The position numbers and the translations under genes are program-made. This document shows, piece by piece, positions 40,186-52,715 of a stretch of DNA of 64,000 nucleotides. How positions within the stretch are numbered: the first letter of the stretch is position 1; every line of letters begins with the position of its first letter. The stretch is from NCBI GenBank assembly GCA_951406725.2, contig OX597819.1:53010001-53074000 (forward strand), written 5' to 3'. Origin of the DNA: Octopus vulgaris (lineage: Eukaryota). The notes under the pieces were generated by a model. That model was not told the DNA's origin. It made no database searches and saw nothing but the letters and a program-made list of their open reading frames with translations.

Positions 40186-40725
40186 CAGAGTTATTCAAAA
40201 AGAATGAACCGATTTCATTACGCAATATTTTAATAAGGTAAAGCATTGGAAAACTGCAGCTAAATCACAAGTATTTACTAACAATCAAATTTTATTTCTT
40301 GTCTTACAAGTGTTCAATGTGGCCACCACCTGCAGCACGGGTAACATCAATGTCATAAGAGAATTCCTCCCAGATGCATATCAGCATATCACAATCCACT
40401 ATTGTATTTTGATGTTTAAGGTGATCAAGTTTAGTGGATAGCGGAGGAACATAAATACGATCCACTAACCTCAATGACCTCAAACATTGAATAACAACAG
40501 CGATCAACTCAGTGGATCATGATATGCTGATACGTGTCTGAGAGGAATTCTCTTATCGTATTGATGTTGCCCATGCTGGAGGTGGTGGCCACACTGAACA
40601 CTTGTAAGACAGGAAACAAAAGTTGATTGTGAATAAATACTTGTAACTTAGCTGGAGTTTTCTATTGCATTTCCTTATTAAAGTATTGTGTAATGAAATC
40701 GGTTCATTCTTTTTGAATAACCCTG
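40186..40725. mobile_element. Tc1/mariner-superfamily fold-back MITE made of two inverted right ends
   Basis: TA-CAGAGTTATTCAAAAAGAATGAACCGATTTCATTAC at left mirrors GTAATGAAATCGGTTCATTCTTTTTGAATAACCCTG at right. Both arms encode a transposase C-terminus (..WEEFSY.IDV.RA.GGGHIEHL*). Confidence 0.88.
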
Positions 40726-40922
40726 AACTATTAGTTGCACTGCAACTTGATTAGTGCCAGTAACACATGAAAGGCACCCAGTACATGCTTTAAAGTGATT
40801 GGCATTAGGAAGGGCATCCAACCATAACAAACATTCCAAAGCAGACACTGGAACATACTGCAGTTCTTAGAGCTATCAGATCTGTCAAACCAGCCAACCC
40901 ATATCAACATGGAATGTGAATG

Positions 40923-41151
40923 TTAACTCTTTAGTTACTGTATTTATTTTAAGATGCTCTGTGTTTCTTTCAATTATTTTAAATATAACAAAGAATTTAG
41001 TAAAATAACTTAGTTATCATTAAACAAGTGTTAGGAACATAAATTGCGACTAAGGTGTGGTGGTATATTTTAATGCAAAACTTATGAAAACAAGACACTT
41101 GTACTACAGAGCCAGAGCCAGTTTTGGCTGGGTTGGTAACGAAAGGGTTAA
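40923..41151. mobile_element. piggyBac-like MITE (TTAA target)
   Basis: TTAA-CTCTTTAGTTAC ... GTAACGAAAGGG-TTAA termini. Inserted at the TTAA of a family D tail, which resumes as ATGATGAT. Confidence 0.75.
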
Positions 41152-42437
41152 ATGATGATCATGATGGTGGTAATGTATATGGCTTGTATGATTTTATTCA
41201 ACATATTCTTCTCTCAGATTCACACACTTATTGCAAAGGTCCTTCAGTTTTCCTAAGCCGTGTAAAAGAACTCGGAAGGTTGGGCCTCCAACCAGGCCTT
41301 TTGTGATACCCTTAAAGCCAGGAATTTTTCAGCACCCCTCGTAAATATGGGTAAGAATTAAAGATTCCCTTAATCATGAGTATATGTTGTTGATCATGAT
41401 GAGCAAATCTGAAGACAATGGATGACCCAAGAAAGATATAATGAAGAATAAGTTAAGTAAATCTAAAAAGTAGTTTATTTTGAAATGACGGCTGCAAAGA
41501 GTGGGCTCACAAAAAATATTAAAAAATACTGGATAAGAAGGAAAAGAATCTCTTAATCTTTCACCTCTTTATTTCAAATTAGAAAAGAATGATAATATTC
41601 TTTTTCATTGCTCTAAACAAGGTTAGTTATACTTAAGGAAACAAACATCAATGAAAATGGAAATGAAATCCCATTCAAATATTAATAATTTAAACTCAAC
41701 AGAAGTTCAAAAGCAGAAAAGATACCTAGTTTATCTGCGTTTAGTGAAGAGTTCCTCATGAAGTTTAATAAATAATAATCCACAAGAGCAAAAGTGAAAT
41801 GAAATGAAGCCAAATAGTTTTGTACTAATTAACAGCTTGAACAATTATCATTAAGATAGCTGCACCATGATGCCATCTCATGACAGAGCTATCAGAACAA
41901 ACACCAGCCAGGAGTTGAAGGGGAAAATAGATTCAGTAATGTGATTATTAGTGAATTAGAATTATCACATAACAAGGCTGTTAATTATGATGATACCACA
42001 GTGAATCATTTATTCAGTAAAGAAGAGAAACGAAGATAAATAACCAAGAATTATAAATCATTTGGGTTTATTTGCTTTAGCACATTTGTTTTTAATTAAC
42101 CCAAAAGTAAAGAATAAAGACAATCATGGTTGAAGACATTTATGGTAGCAATGAAATTTTATAATTATTGACCCAACACTTAAACTGCTATCAGAACAGA
42201 ATACTAATGAAAATATTTGAAACCATTACTTAATGTACAACCAGAAAAACCATATTTGACTGGAAATAATGATTAGTTATCTAGGCACAATGCCAGCAAT
42301 TTTGATGGAGGGTGCCAGTTGAAACCATCAATCACAGTTCTTCATAGAAATTCATGGAAATTCATGGAAGGATGGGTTTTACAACTGAATGCTCTTTCTA
42401 TCATTAAACCTTATTTTTTTCCTTTCATGTAAAAGAG

Positions 42438-42480
<43 letters not shown>

Positions 42481-42482
42481 GA

Positions 42483-42740
42483 AGGTGGCGAACTGGCAGA
42501 GTCATTAGCATACCAGGTGAAATGCTTAGTGGTATTCCGTTTGTCTTCACGTTCTCAGTTTAAATGCCGTCAGGGTTGACTTCGCCTTTCATCCTTTCAG
42601 GGTTGATAAATTAAGTACCAGTTATGCACTGGGGTTGATGAAATTGACTAGTCACCTCCCCCAAAATTTCAGGTCTTGTGTCTATAGTAGAAAGGACTAT
42701 TATTTATTATTATTATTATTGCCATTATTATTATTATTAT
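42483..42740 (+). mobile_element. Family B SINE with (TTA)n tail
   Basis: Full-length colinear copy, tail from about 42698. Confidence 0.85.
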
Positions 42741-43285
42741 TGAGTGAAAGAGCAGTGCATGCCATCAAAGTGACACTGGGGTAAAATATATGAAGCCCAA
42801 TATACCCATCATGACTACCCGTCTGATAAGGGTACACCAGGAACATGTATCACAACCATATGTGCGCGACATGGTGATCTCATATCAAGATAAACAGCAC
42901 ATGACCTTGCAGGTGGGGCCCAGTCAGAAATTTCTTCAGGTTGAGTAGCCCATCCCGCTCAAAAGGTCCCTGAATAAGGGTTGTTTAAGGATGTTGAAAG
43001 AACCACCTATGTTTCCAGAGGTGAATTATTCAAACCCCAAAGAATCCCTCTCAACACATGGCTATGATGCTCCCCCACTACTTCTGCTCGTGATCAGAGA
43101 TGCACATATCGTCAGCCACTAAGGGACATGCTCAACTGGTTAAGGTCAAACAACTGACAAGCAAATCAGTGGTATTGAGCAGAATATTTGCTGTAGCCCA
43201 TCTCTTATACCAAGACAAAACAATGTACATGATAACACTTCCAATCAGTTAAGATCAGAAGCCATGAGAGCCACTGCCTGGTACT
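42741..43285 (-). mobile_element. Non-coding, GC-richer interspersed element ending in (TAA)n, probably the 3' UTR or a non-autonomous derivative of a TAA-targeting retroelement
   Basis: Abrupt compositional boundaries, minus 3' end ...CTGCTCTTTCACTC-AATAATAAT, sits in the tail of a family B SINE. Single copy in this window. Confidence 0.55.
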
Positions 43286-43344
43286 ATATCACCATTGTTA
43301 TTATTATCATAATTTTTATTATAGCATTTAGCATCATTATATAT

Positions 43345-43545
43345 TTATTTATTGCCCACAGGGGGCTAAACATAGAGGGGATTAAGTCAATTACATCAAC
43401 CCCAGTGCATAACTGGTACTTATTTAATCAACTTCGAAAGGATGAAAGGCAGAGTCGACCTCAGCAGGATTTGAACTCAGAACATAATGGCAGACGAAAT
43501 ACTGCCAGGCATTTCACTCGGCATACTAACGATTCTGCCAGCTAG
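43345..43545 (-). mobile_element. Family B SINE (alternative 3' end)
   Basis: Family B head and core. 3' end ...TTAGCCCCCTGTGGGCAATAAA shared with 49920-50150. Confidence 0.8.
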
Positions 43546-43691
43546 CTTCATCGTTATTATTGTTAGCTCTCAGGTCTTTGGAAAAGCAAAGTAACTACAC
43601 ATTTTGTGACAAGGAATGTAAACATCCTATCACCATTTGGTTAGGCAGTGGGTGACAAGCAAAACCATGAAATGTCAGCATTCATGCACAG

Positions 43692-43733
<42 letters not shown>

Positions 43734-44512
43734 CTGGCTTCCACAGAGTTTCTATTTAACAAATTCCTTCACAAGTTATCAACCAGTTTGAAGCAAGCAT
43801 AATTCCTATGCTTTGTGACAAAATTTGAAGATATAACTCCACATACTATAAACCATCTTACTAACCTCTTGGCTACCAGATTCCTATGCTTAATACAATG
43901 TACGATGAAATATTTATTTGTGCTTTGCTTGCAAGCATAAAAATAAAAAATAAGAAAAAGTGGGTGGAAAAAATATTAATACTGAATAAATTTCAAACAT
44001 TTATCAGAATTATTTTCCTTCTTGTCTGCATTGTACATTGAACAAAAATGATCATTTATCATAGTTTTAAGGAGGAACTACTAACAAGACATGCATTCAT
44101 TTTCTGTTTCTCTCATTTTACAAATATTACTTTGAGAAGAAATATTCCCAGAGCAGAGAGAATTCCATTTGATTACAACTGTCTCTGCCATTTTCTCTAA
44201 CAGAGTTTGAGACTATAAGGTGCAGCATATAACAAAGCAAAGAATGCATATACATAAAGACAAAAGGAAGAAGAAGAAAAAAATTACTTTTTTTCCTTTC
44301 AATTGACAATATCTAAGGCCATGATGAAAATGTAATAAAAAAAAAAGAAAGAAAATCAAAAAGCAAAATGATTGGGAAGAATATATAACAACAACAAATA
44401 TGAATATGAAACAGACACGACAAAGTAACAAAAAAAAAAAGGAACTATAAACTGGTTTCCTTCAAAGAAGAATGAAATACAACCAAATGAATGATGCAAA
44501 AGACTTATAAAA

Positions 44513-44558
<46 letters not shown>

Positions 44559-44672
44559 TGATGATGAATAATTTCTATAAAATGAATATTAAAATGAATA
44601 ATAACAATAATACTTATAAAATGAATAATAAAACAAATAATGACAATAATAATAATACTTATAAAAGGAGGA

Positions 44673-44828
<156 letters not shown>

Positions 44829-46020
44829 GACAGAGAAAGAAACAAATATGCATAAAGCAATATTCGTGAAATAAAAATATGAAATTAATAGAAAAGAAAG
44901 CAAGAAAGCAAATAATTTTCAATGTATCAACATTGTATTAAGCAAAAATAATAATTTCCTCTTCATGTGGCAGGTACAATATATTCAGCTCCATTTTCGA
45001 AAATGCTCCAAGGCAAACTGAGCAACTAGGTGTTACAAAGTGATAGATTTTATAGGTAGCCGAGGGGGAGATTTGTCTCTATCTATAGGAGGCAGTGCAT
45101 GTATGTAAGTAAAGTTCAATACATTATTTATTCTGTTACTTCATTTATTGCTCTTATTGCATTGAGGAATTTTACTTCATTTTTTTTTTGTTTTGTGTTA
45201 AACATCCAATCATATTTTTTCCTTGACATATTGTTTTTCAGTGCAAAGAGAGAGAGAGAGAAGAAAATGTAATCCAATGATAACTAGATTTAAGCAGAAA
45301 AAGAATGAGGCTGTAATGAAAAAGGGAATCAACTATGTGGTGAAGTCAAACTAACCCTTAGCAGTTAAGGTTACTTGCTACACTTGCGAATAAGCACTGG
45401 CTCTTAATCTGCTGCTTGCATATGCTAACAAGCCAAGACTGACTAGAATTAACCTCCTTAAATCAGAATATAACCTGGAAGATGCTGAAAAAACACATCT
45501 ACATCATCTACGAATACAATTACTGGAACATCCTTCTAGAAGGGAATTACCAAAAAAGACAGTTGGAAATTTCACTGTATCAAAAGATTCTTAGTAGTTC
45601 CACTTATTTACAAAAGAAAGAGAAAAAAGACAGGTGGTAAAAAGAAGAGGAACAGGGAGGAGAAAAAAAAGCATATAGTATGTATAAAAAAAAAAAGAAA
45701 AAGAAGAAAGGACAAAATCTATAATGATACGACAGACAGAGCATTTTATAAATTGCTTGTGCTCAATGAGATAGTGTAATTAGACAGTATTCTCTGTTGA
45801 TAAGACAATTGCTTGGAGGGAAATATGTTTTACTCATTCTGTAAGCATTCAAGATAATGAATTTAATTAAGATACAGGTAAGGAGAGAGAAAAAAAATAC
45901 AATAAATACAGCTACAATTACTATTTCCAATTATATTTATACTTTCGCATTTGTTAGGAATTTCTGAGGAGACAGACAGAAAATTGATGACTGATTTTTG
46001 GAAACTATAAAAGAAAAAAC

Positions 46021-46068
<48 letters not shown>

Positions 46069-46724
46069 CACACACACATACATACACATAAATGTGAAAA
46101 TGTGATGTGTTGTTAAAACATGGACAGTAAATGGAAGGAGGTGAGTTCAATGTGAACCACAAGATATGACATACAGGCAATGTTAACAGGCAAAGAAGAT
46201 TGTATCCAAATGTGTATTACATTAAGACAATGAAATTCTTGATTGCAATGACAACCATATTTCATGATAAACATTAAAGCACAAGTTAATTAGTTAATGC
46301 TTTAAAATAACTAACTCTAAAGAGAGCTGGCAGAAAACTCAACGGACAAATTAGCTTGTATACACTCTATATAATTTACAAATCGATATTTTAAGGGAGA
46401 AGGAGAAGAAAAGAGATGGGGAGAGGAAGAGAGAGAAGTTTTTCTTTAGTTGGTTGTTTGGTTCTTTACAATAATGCCATATCTATCACAAGAATAAGTT
46501 GCTTAATTGTTTTAATGCCAACTACTTCATTCTGCTACAATGCAGAAGATACAGATTATTCTTCAACCAGTTTAAAATGAGCCAAATGGAACACTGTGAT
46601 TTTCCAAGGCATGGAAGCAGTAATGATTGAACTGACAATGTTAAGATCAGTAATTTCATTGGTAACAGCAGCTGTTGCTGCTGCTGCTACTGCTGCTACT
46701 ACTACATCGTCGTTAATGTTATCA

Positions 46725-47090
46725 TCATCATCATGATCCTTGCAAGGCTCAGACAGGATTTACTTAGTAAGATTTTTATACAGCTGGATGCTCTCCTGTC
46801 ACCAACCCGCACCTGTTTCCAAGCAAGAAAATATTTTTGCATTGCTGAACATGCTATTCATAGAACTGCCTTTGTATGGTGGTGATTGCCATTTTACAGC
46901 CACAATGTGATTTCTAGAGAAGAGTTTATACACATAGACATACACATTCATACATACATACAATTCCTCACAAGGTTTTGGTCAGCCCAGGTCTATGATG
47001 GAGGACATTTGCTCAAGATGCCATGCAGTGGGACTGAACCCAAGACCACATGGCTGAAAAGTAAATTTCTTAACTACACAGCCATACCTG
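46725..47090 (-). mobile_element. Family A SINE, diverged
   Basis: Head CAGTGGGACTGAACCCAAGACCACATGG plus body similarity. Confidence 0.75.
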
Positions 47091-47989
47091 CTTACTAAAA
47101 AAAAATACAGAATCCTACTCTCAATATTCCCTTTCAAAACACAGCAGGCCCCAAAATAACAAGCCAGAGACTTGAAACCCAGTTCAAACTCCAGCTGTAG
47201 TCATTTCATTTAGTTTGTATTACTAATGTCTTTCAGAAAAGTATTAACATCACAACTACCTGTTTTCTCTTCAATAAATTCACAGGCTTCATGCCAATAT
47301 GAATGACCTTATCCCCCTCAAATGAAAGACATGACAGAAACACACCCAGATTACACCCACAAATGTTATGTACAAGAGTGAGCAGACATCTTGTAACAGA
47401 GTGATGAAGAGCTTGAAGAAGAGAGAGGAGGCTCCTCGTTCACAGTGTGAATCTCCTTAAATTGACCCATAGAATATGAAGCAGAACAATGATAACAGCT
47501 TTTGGTGAATAAGTGGCATGCCTGTCAGAGACAAGTTACAAGTAGGTGCTTACAAGAGCAATACCTGAAATTTATTTCAAGCTGGAATCATACGCCTCAA
47601 TATTGGGAATGTAATTTGATGAAGATTATTAAGGAGAAATGTGTTAGTCAAGGATGTTGATGATATTAAATCTAATGAAGACGGCGTGTGCATACACATA
47701 CACTCACATGTGCACACACACACGCAAGCATGTTCTCACACAACTGTCAGTATTTATTATTCATGACTATCTCACCCTGTTAATACAAAATAGTTTATAA
47801 CACTGACCATAACATGTTGTAAACTAGAACAGAATAATTAGGACACAATGTATGACACTGAACTGACTATAGTAATATCAACTGTATTTTATGTCTGAGA
47901 CATTCCCCATAACTATTTCCAACTAGTCTGCACAGTATCTGATAAGCTAATGAAGGAGCGCCTCTTTAGTTTCTCAACATTCTAAAATA

Positions 47990-48205
47990 ATGGTTTCAAA
48001 TTTTGCCATAAGGGCAGTCATTTGGGGGGAGGGGACCAGTTGATTACATCAACCCCAGTGTTTCACTGGTACTTAATTCATTGACCCTGAAACAATGAAA
48101 AACAAAGTCAAACTCAGCAGAATTTGGACTTAGAAAGTAGCAACAGGCGAAATACTTCCAAGCATTTTCACCCAACATGCTAACGATTCTACCAGCTTAC
48201 GGCCT
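47990..48205 (-). mobile_element. Family B SINE
   Basis: Family B core, flanked by direct repeat TCAACATTCTAAAATA (47974 and 48207) consistent with a TSD. Confidence 0.85.
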
Positions 48206-48729
48206 TTCAACATTCTAAAATAGTAACCAATTTCCCTCCTACCATACTCTACCATCACTGTAAAAAAGCACAGGAAATAATAGGAAAGATGGTCCTGTAA
48301 TTATTGAGCAAAAGATACCTAAAATTGATTTTGTTTATTCAAATGCTTATTGTGTTTTTATTTGTGGTCAGATCGTTATAGTGAAAATTGACAGTATTAC
48401 AGAAGAGATTTAGTTTTTTTATGTAATTTGTGCTAAAAATGCTATGAATGTCTGATGGTTAATTTACTACATAAGTAAAAAAAATTTCAAAATAAAAAAA
48501 ACCATTAAGAATGATGAAAAGAATGTTACTTGGCTTTAGGTGTGGGCATGGCCAGAGGCATGGTTGCTTCTTCAGGGAAACCCCATTTTGGTTGCTTGCA
48601 TTCATGATCGTACTTTTTTGGCCACTACCTAACATTCAGGAACATTGCTGAGAGAGCCTTGAAAGTTTCAATTTTAAAAAAAAAACTATAAAATAATCAC
48701 AGAAATTTATCGACATCTGGATTGATTCT

Positions 48730-49236
48730 AAGCCTTTTATTAGAATATTTCCATTGAAAAACACTGCCTTTGTTTCAATTAATTTTGAAAATAAGGAAGA
48801 ATTTAGGAAAATAACTTTATCATTATTAAGCTGGTTTTAAAAACAAATTAATTTGAAATTTGGATAGAAGTTTTAATTTAGATCAATTCAAAATAAGATT
48901 GTATCAGATAACCAAGGGTGGTCTCAAGCAAGTTGGTCTCAAAAGAGTTAGTAAATGAATGTAACAAAATGTAAATACATGGCAGAAGAAAGGATTAGAA
49001 AGTTCAAGGGTTCAAAACTTCCTTTAACCAGCTGTAGCTAGCCCAGATATTCTACCCGTTTTATGTTCAAACTGACCAGATCCTACCTCTCACACCTACC
49101 TAACAGCACCATTCTAAAAATAAACAATCACATCAACAAAATCTCAAAGCTACAAGATAATGCATGATTAATTCAAGTCAGTGTGAATAAATAAGCATTA
49201 CATTTGACAGGGTAATCTAAATGTTAAAGGGTTAAA
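48730..49236. mobile_element. Two adjacent degenerate TTAA-type MITEs (about 48730-48951 and 49023-49236)
   Basis: The first resembles 40923-41151. The second ends AATGTTAAAGGGTTAA. Confidence 0.5.
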
Positions 49237-49919
49237 CAAGGTTGTTTTAATTCAGGAGGCTCCAGCAGCTTAGGACTTACAGATACATAAGTTGTCAGGT
49301 GGATTTGTTTTATATAAGATGTCAAGAATTAATGGCCACTAATGATAGTTATAAGGAAAATGATGGTGATGAATATAACAAAACTGAATTCACTGTTTAT
49401 CTTATTTCTTGCTTGGCCCTGACCCTTTAACTCTTTAACTCATGAGAAGGTTTCTTAAATGATTTAAGGTCAATATGGACAGGAGTTAACCTAGAAATTC
49501 TCTCATGCAAATGAGTATGTAGTAATGCTAGAAACATCAGAGAATCTGTTTTTTAGTGCATCTTGTTTCAGAGTTCAATGCTAGCTAGAGAATAATTTTG
49601 CTAGTCAATCTAAAGAAGATTAATAAAATTAGAACCTGTAATAAAACTCAAGCAAACAAATTGCATAGCCACCCACTCAACTGGTGCTTGCTTTGTAAAT
49701 GCAGGTATCACTGGAGAGGTAGGCACACCTACCAAGAAAGTCATTCTTGTTCAATGTAAAAAGTCCATTCCCTTAATCTGTTATTATCTTCATTATTCAA
49801 CCCCTACTTTTTTTTTCTCAAAATTTGTAATAGTAAGACCCAATTAATGTGCCTATTCTTTCTTTAACTTTTTGCGTATGTGTTTGTGTATGAGCATGTG
49901 TTTCTATGAGTATATTTGT

Positions 49920-50150
49920 TATTTCTTTATTGCCCACAAGGGGCTAAACATAGATGGGACAAACAAGGACACACAAAGGAATTAAGTCAATTAGATTGAC
50001 CCCAGTGCATAACTAGTACTTAATTTATCGACCCCGAAAGGATGAAAGGCAAAGTCGACCTCGGCAGAATTTGAACTCAGAATGAATGGCAGACAAAATA
50101 CCACTAAGCATTTCGCCCGGCATGCTAATGTTTCTGCTAACTCGCCGCCT
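49920..50150 (-). mobile_element. Family B SINE (well preserved)
   Basis: CpG-retaining copy: TCGACCCCGAAAGGATGAAAGGCAAAGTCGACCTCGGC. Confidence 0.85.
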
Positions 50151-50191
50151 TATATTTTATGTTTGTGTTTGCATATGTGTGTGCATGCAAT

Positions 50192-50490
50192 GGTGCCTGA
50201 CTTAGTAGTTAGAGTATTCAGTTCATAGTCATAAGCTTGTCAGTTCAATGCCCAGCAGTGCATTGTGTCCTTCAGCAAGATGCTTTATTTCACATTGCTC
50301 CAGTCCACTCAGCTGGCAATGATGAGTTGCACCTGTAATTCAAAGGACCAGCCTTGTCACTCTGCATCATACTGAATCCGATCTGAAAACTATGTGAAGG
50401 GTACACATGCCTGTGAAGGGTACACATGCCTGTGAAGTGCTCAGCCACTTGCACAACAGTTTCATGAGCAGGCTGTTCTGGAGCCTTCAT
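50192..50490 (+). mobile_element. Family C SINE
   Basis: Shared body ...CTTTATTTCACATTGCTCCAGTCCACTCAGCTGG. Contains a 19-bp tandem duplication TGTGAAGGGTACACATGCC. Confidence 0.75.
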
Positions 50491-50752
50491 CATCATAGCC
50501 AATGGAGTGCCACTTTTACATATTATATGTGAATGTGCTTGTGACTACATTGGCATCTAAAACAATTAGTAAAAGCCACTTAGTTAAACTTACTCACAAG
50601 TGATGGCTTTAGTTTAATATATACAAGCCAGTTCCTTCACAGTATAAGGAAAGACATTTTTTTCATATGGTAGTTATAGGATTTCAGAACTCAAATATTT
50701 TACATACTACTATAATGTATTTGTATGCATGTGAATTAGAGTATGTTTGTGC

Positions 50753-50786
<34 letters not shown>

Positions 50787-52186
50787 CAAACAGACAGACT
50801 GGCAGAGAGACAGAATGTGTGTGTGTTAGTGCTTTTGTATATATGTGCGTGTGCACACACAGGTGGCCACAGCACAAGGGGATGAAATATGTTTATGTGT
50901 GCATACACATATACACACACAAATAGTTCTTTCCACTTTGGCTGACCATCACTAGACCCCACCCTGCCATCTTTTCTTTTTGCTATCATCATTATCTAGC
51001 AAATAAATTGTTTTGTGATCTGAAACCATCCACAATGACCAGTCATGAAGGGTCTATATCCCAAGAGCATCTCCTATTACAGTAAATTTCATTATATGCA
51101 CTCTGAAATCTGTGTGTCAGAGAGAGGGGGGGAGAGAAACAGAGAGACGGACAGACAGAGAGGAGAGAGGGATAGTGAAAGAGATGTCACACAGGAGGAA
51201 AAAGAAAGAATTACTAATGAGAAAAGTGAAGAGGAGGCAAGATGAAGGGTAGGCTAAGAAAAAAAGAGTGTGGGTATAAAGAATACAAATAGTGGGGGGG
51301 GGGGGTTAGAAAGGTAGAATAATGGAGAGAAAAGAGATAATTCCTGATATGTACACAAAATTGAGAGTAAGTCATAGCTAATTCAATCAACTCCAGCTCA
51401 TAACGTGTACCTGTCTTCATCACAAAATGATGTCCAGCAAAGGAAACTTGGCCGACCTTACCAAACACCACAACACATTTAGTCCATTATCATTTCTTTA
51501 ATATCATCACATTGCTACAAATGCTACTGGAGACAATTCTTTCAAATTTAGGCACAAGGCCAGTGATTTTGAAGGGAGGTATTACCTTCAATCTCAGTGC
51601 TTCTCTTTTGCTTTTTTTATCACCCCTGGAGGAATGAAAGATAAAGTTGACTTTGGCAGGATTTATGTCTGAGACATTCCCCATAACACCTCATTGGGAT
51701 CTTTGCATTCTAAGTTCAAATTCTGCTGAAGTTAATTTTACCTTCCATTTCTTTAGTGTCAATAGAATAAAGCACCTGTCATGTGCCAGGGTTTAATCAA
51801 CTGCCCCATTCTAAACTTCTGACTTTGTGGTGCTGAGGTTGCACCACCTGCAGAGATTCCTGGATGGTGGGCTAGTGTGAACTCCGTTTGCAAGACACAG
51901 TTTTCCATAGCTTGTCTTTTTGACAAAGTTGCAGTCCCAGATCAAGAAAAGAACAACAATGGGGGGTGGTCTGCCATCTGGAATGTTACTAGGTACTCGT
52001 GACCCTCTTCCAGTCAGGAAATGCAGTTAACAAAAATCCTACTTCAGTAGTGCTAATGGTAGATATATGTGATGAATTTTCAGAAAAATTCTAGGAGTGG
52101 ATGAGGCTAAACTGGTTGGTCTATCCAAGAGTTGTAGACTACAGTCCTGGGAATGTCTTCTCACTCTCAAACCATAATGTATTATT

Positions 52187-52188
<2 letters not shown>

Positions 52189-52260
<72 letters not shown>
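52189..52260. repeat. (TG)n microsatellite
   Basis: About 72 bp of pure TG. Confidence 0.95.
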
Positions 52261-52261
<1 letters not shown>

Positions 52262-52309
52262 ATCTTCCTATGGTAAACATTTCTATGTCTTTAAATGCTT
52301 TCCAAATAA

Positions 52310-52715
52310 CATGCACTTCTCCATTTTTTTTATGCATCAGATGGAATTTGACAAAGAAGATTTTCTAAGGTTTTAAGCACTTCCTGTTGCCAACCCTCAT
52401 ATGTATCCAAGCAAGGTAATATTTTTCTACAGCTGGGCATGTCTTTCATGGAGCTCTAGGAACAGATAACATCACTTGTATGATGACGATGCTCATTTAC
52501 AACCATGTCATCATGACAAGAGGACATACACACACACATGTATGTGTGTGTGTATATTATGGGCTACTTTCAGTTTCCATGTAGTAAATTCACTCACAAG
52601 GCTTTGGTTGGCCTGGGGTTTTAGTGGAAGACATGTGCCCAAGTTGCCACAGAGTGGGACTGAACCCAAAACCACATAGTTAGGAAGCAAGTCTCTTAAC
52701 CAAACAGCTATGCTC
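52310..52715 (-). mobile_element. Family A SINE, diverged
   Basis: Similarity to 2255-2680 and 62270-62678. Confidence 0.75.
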
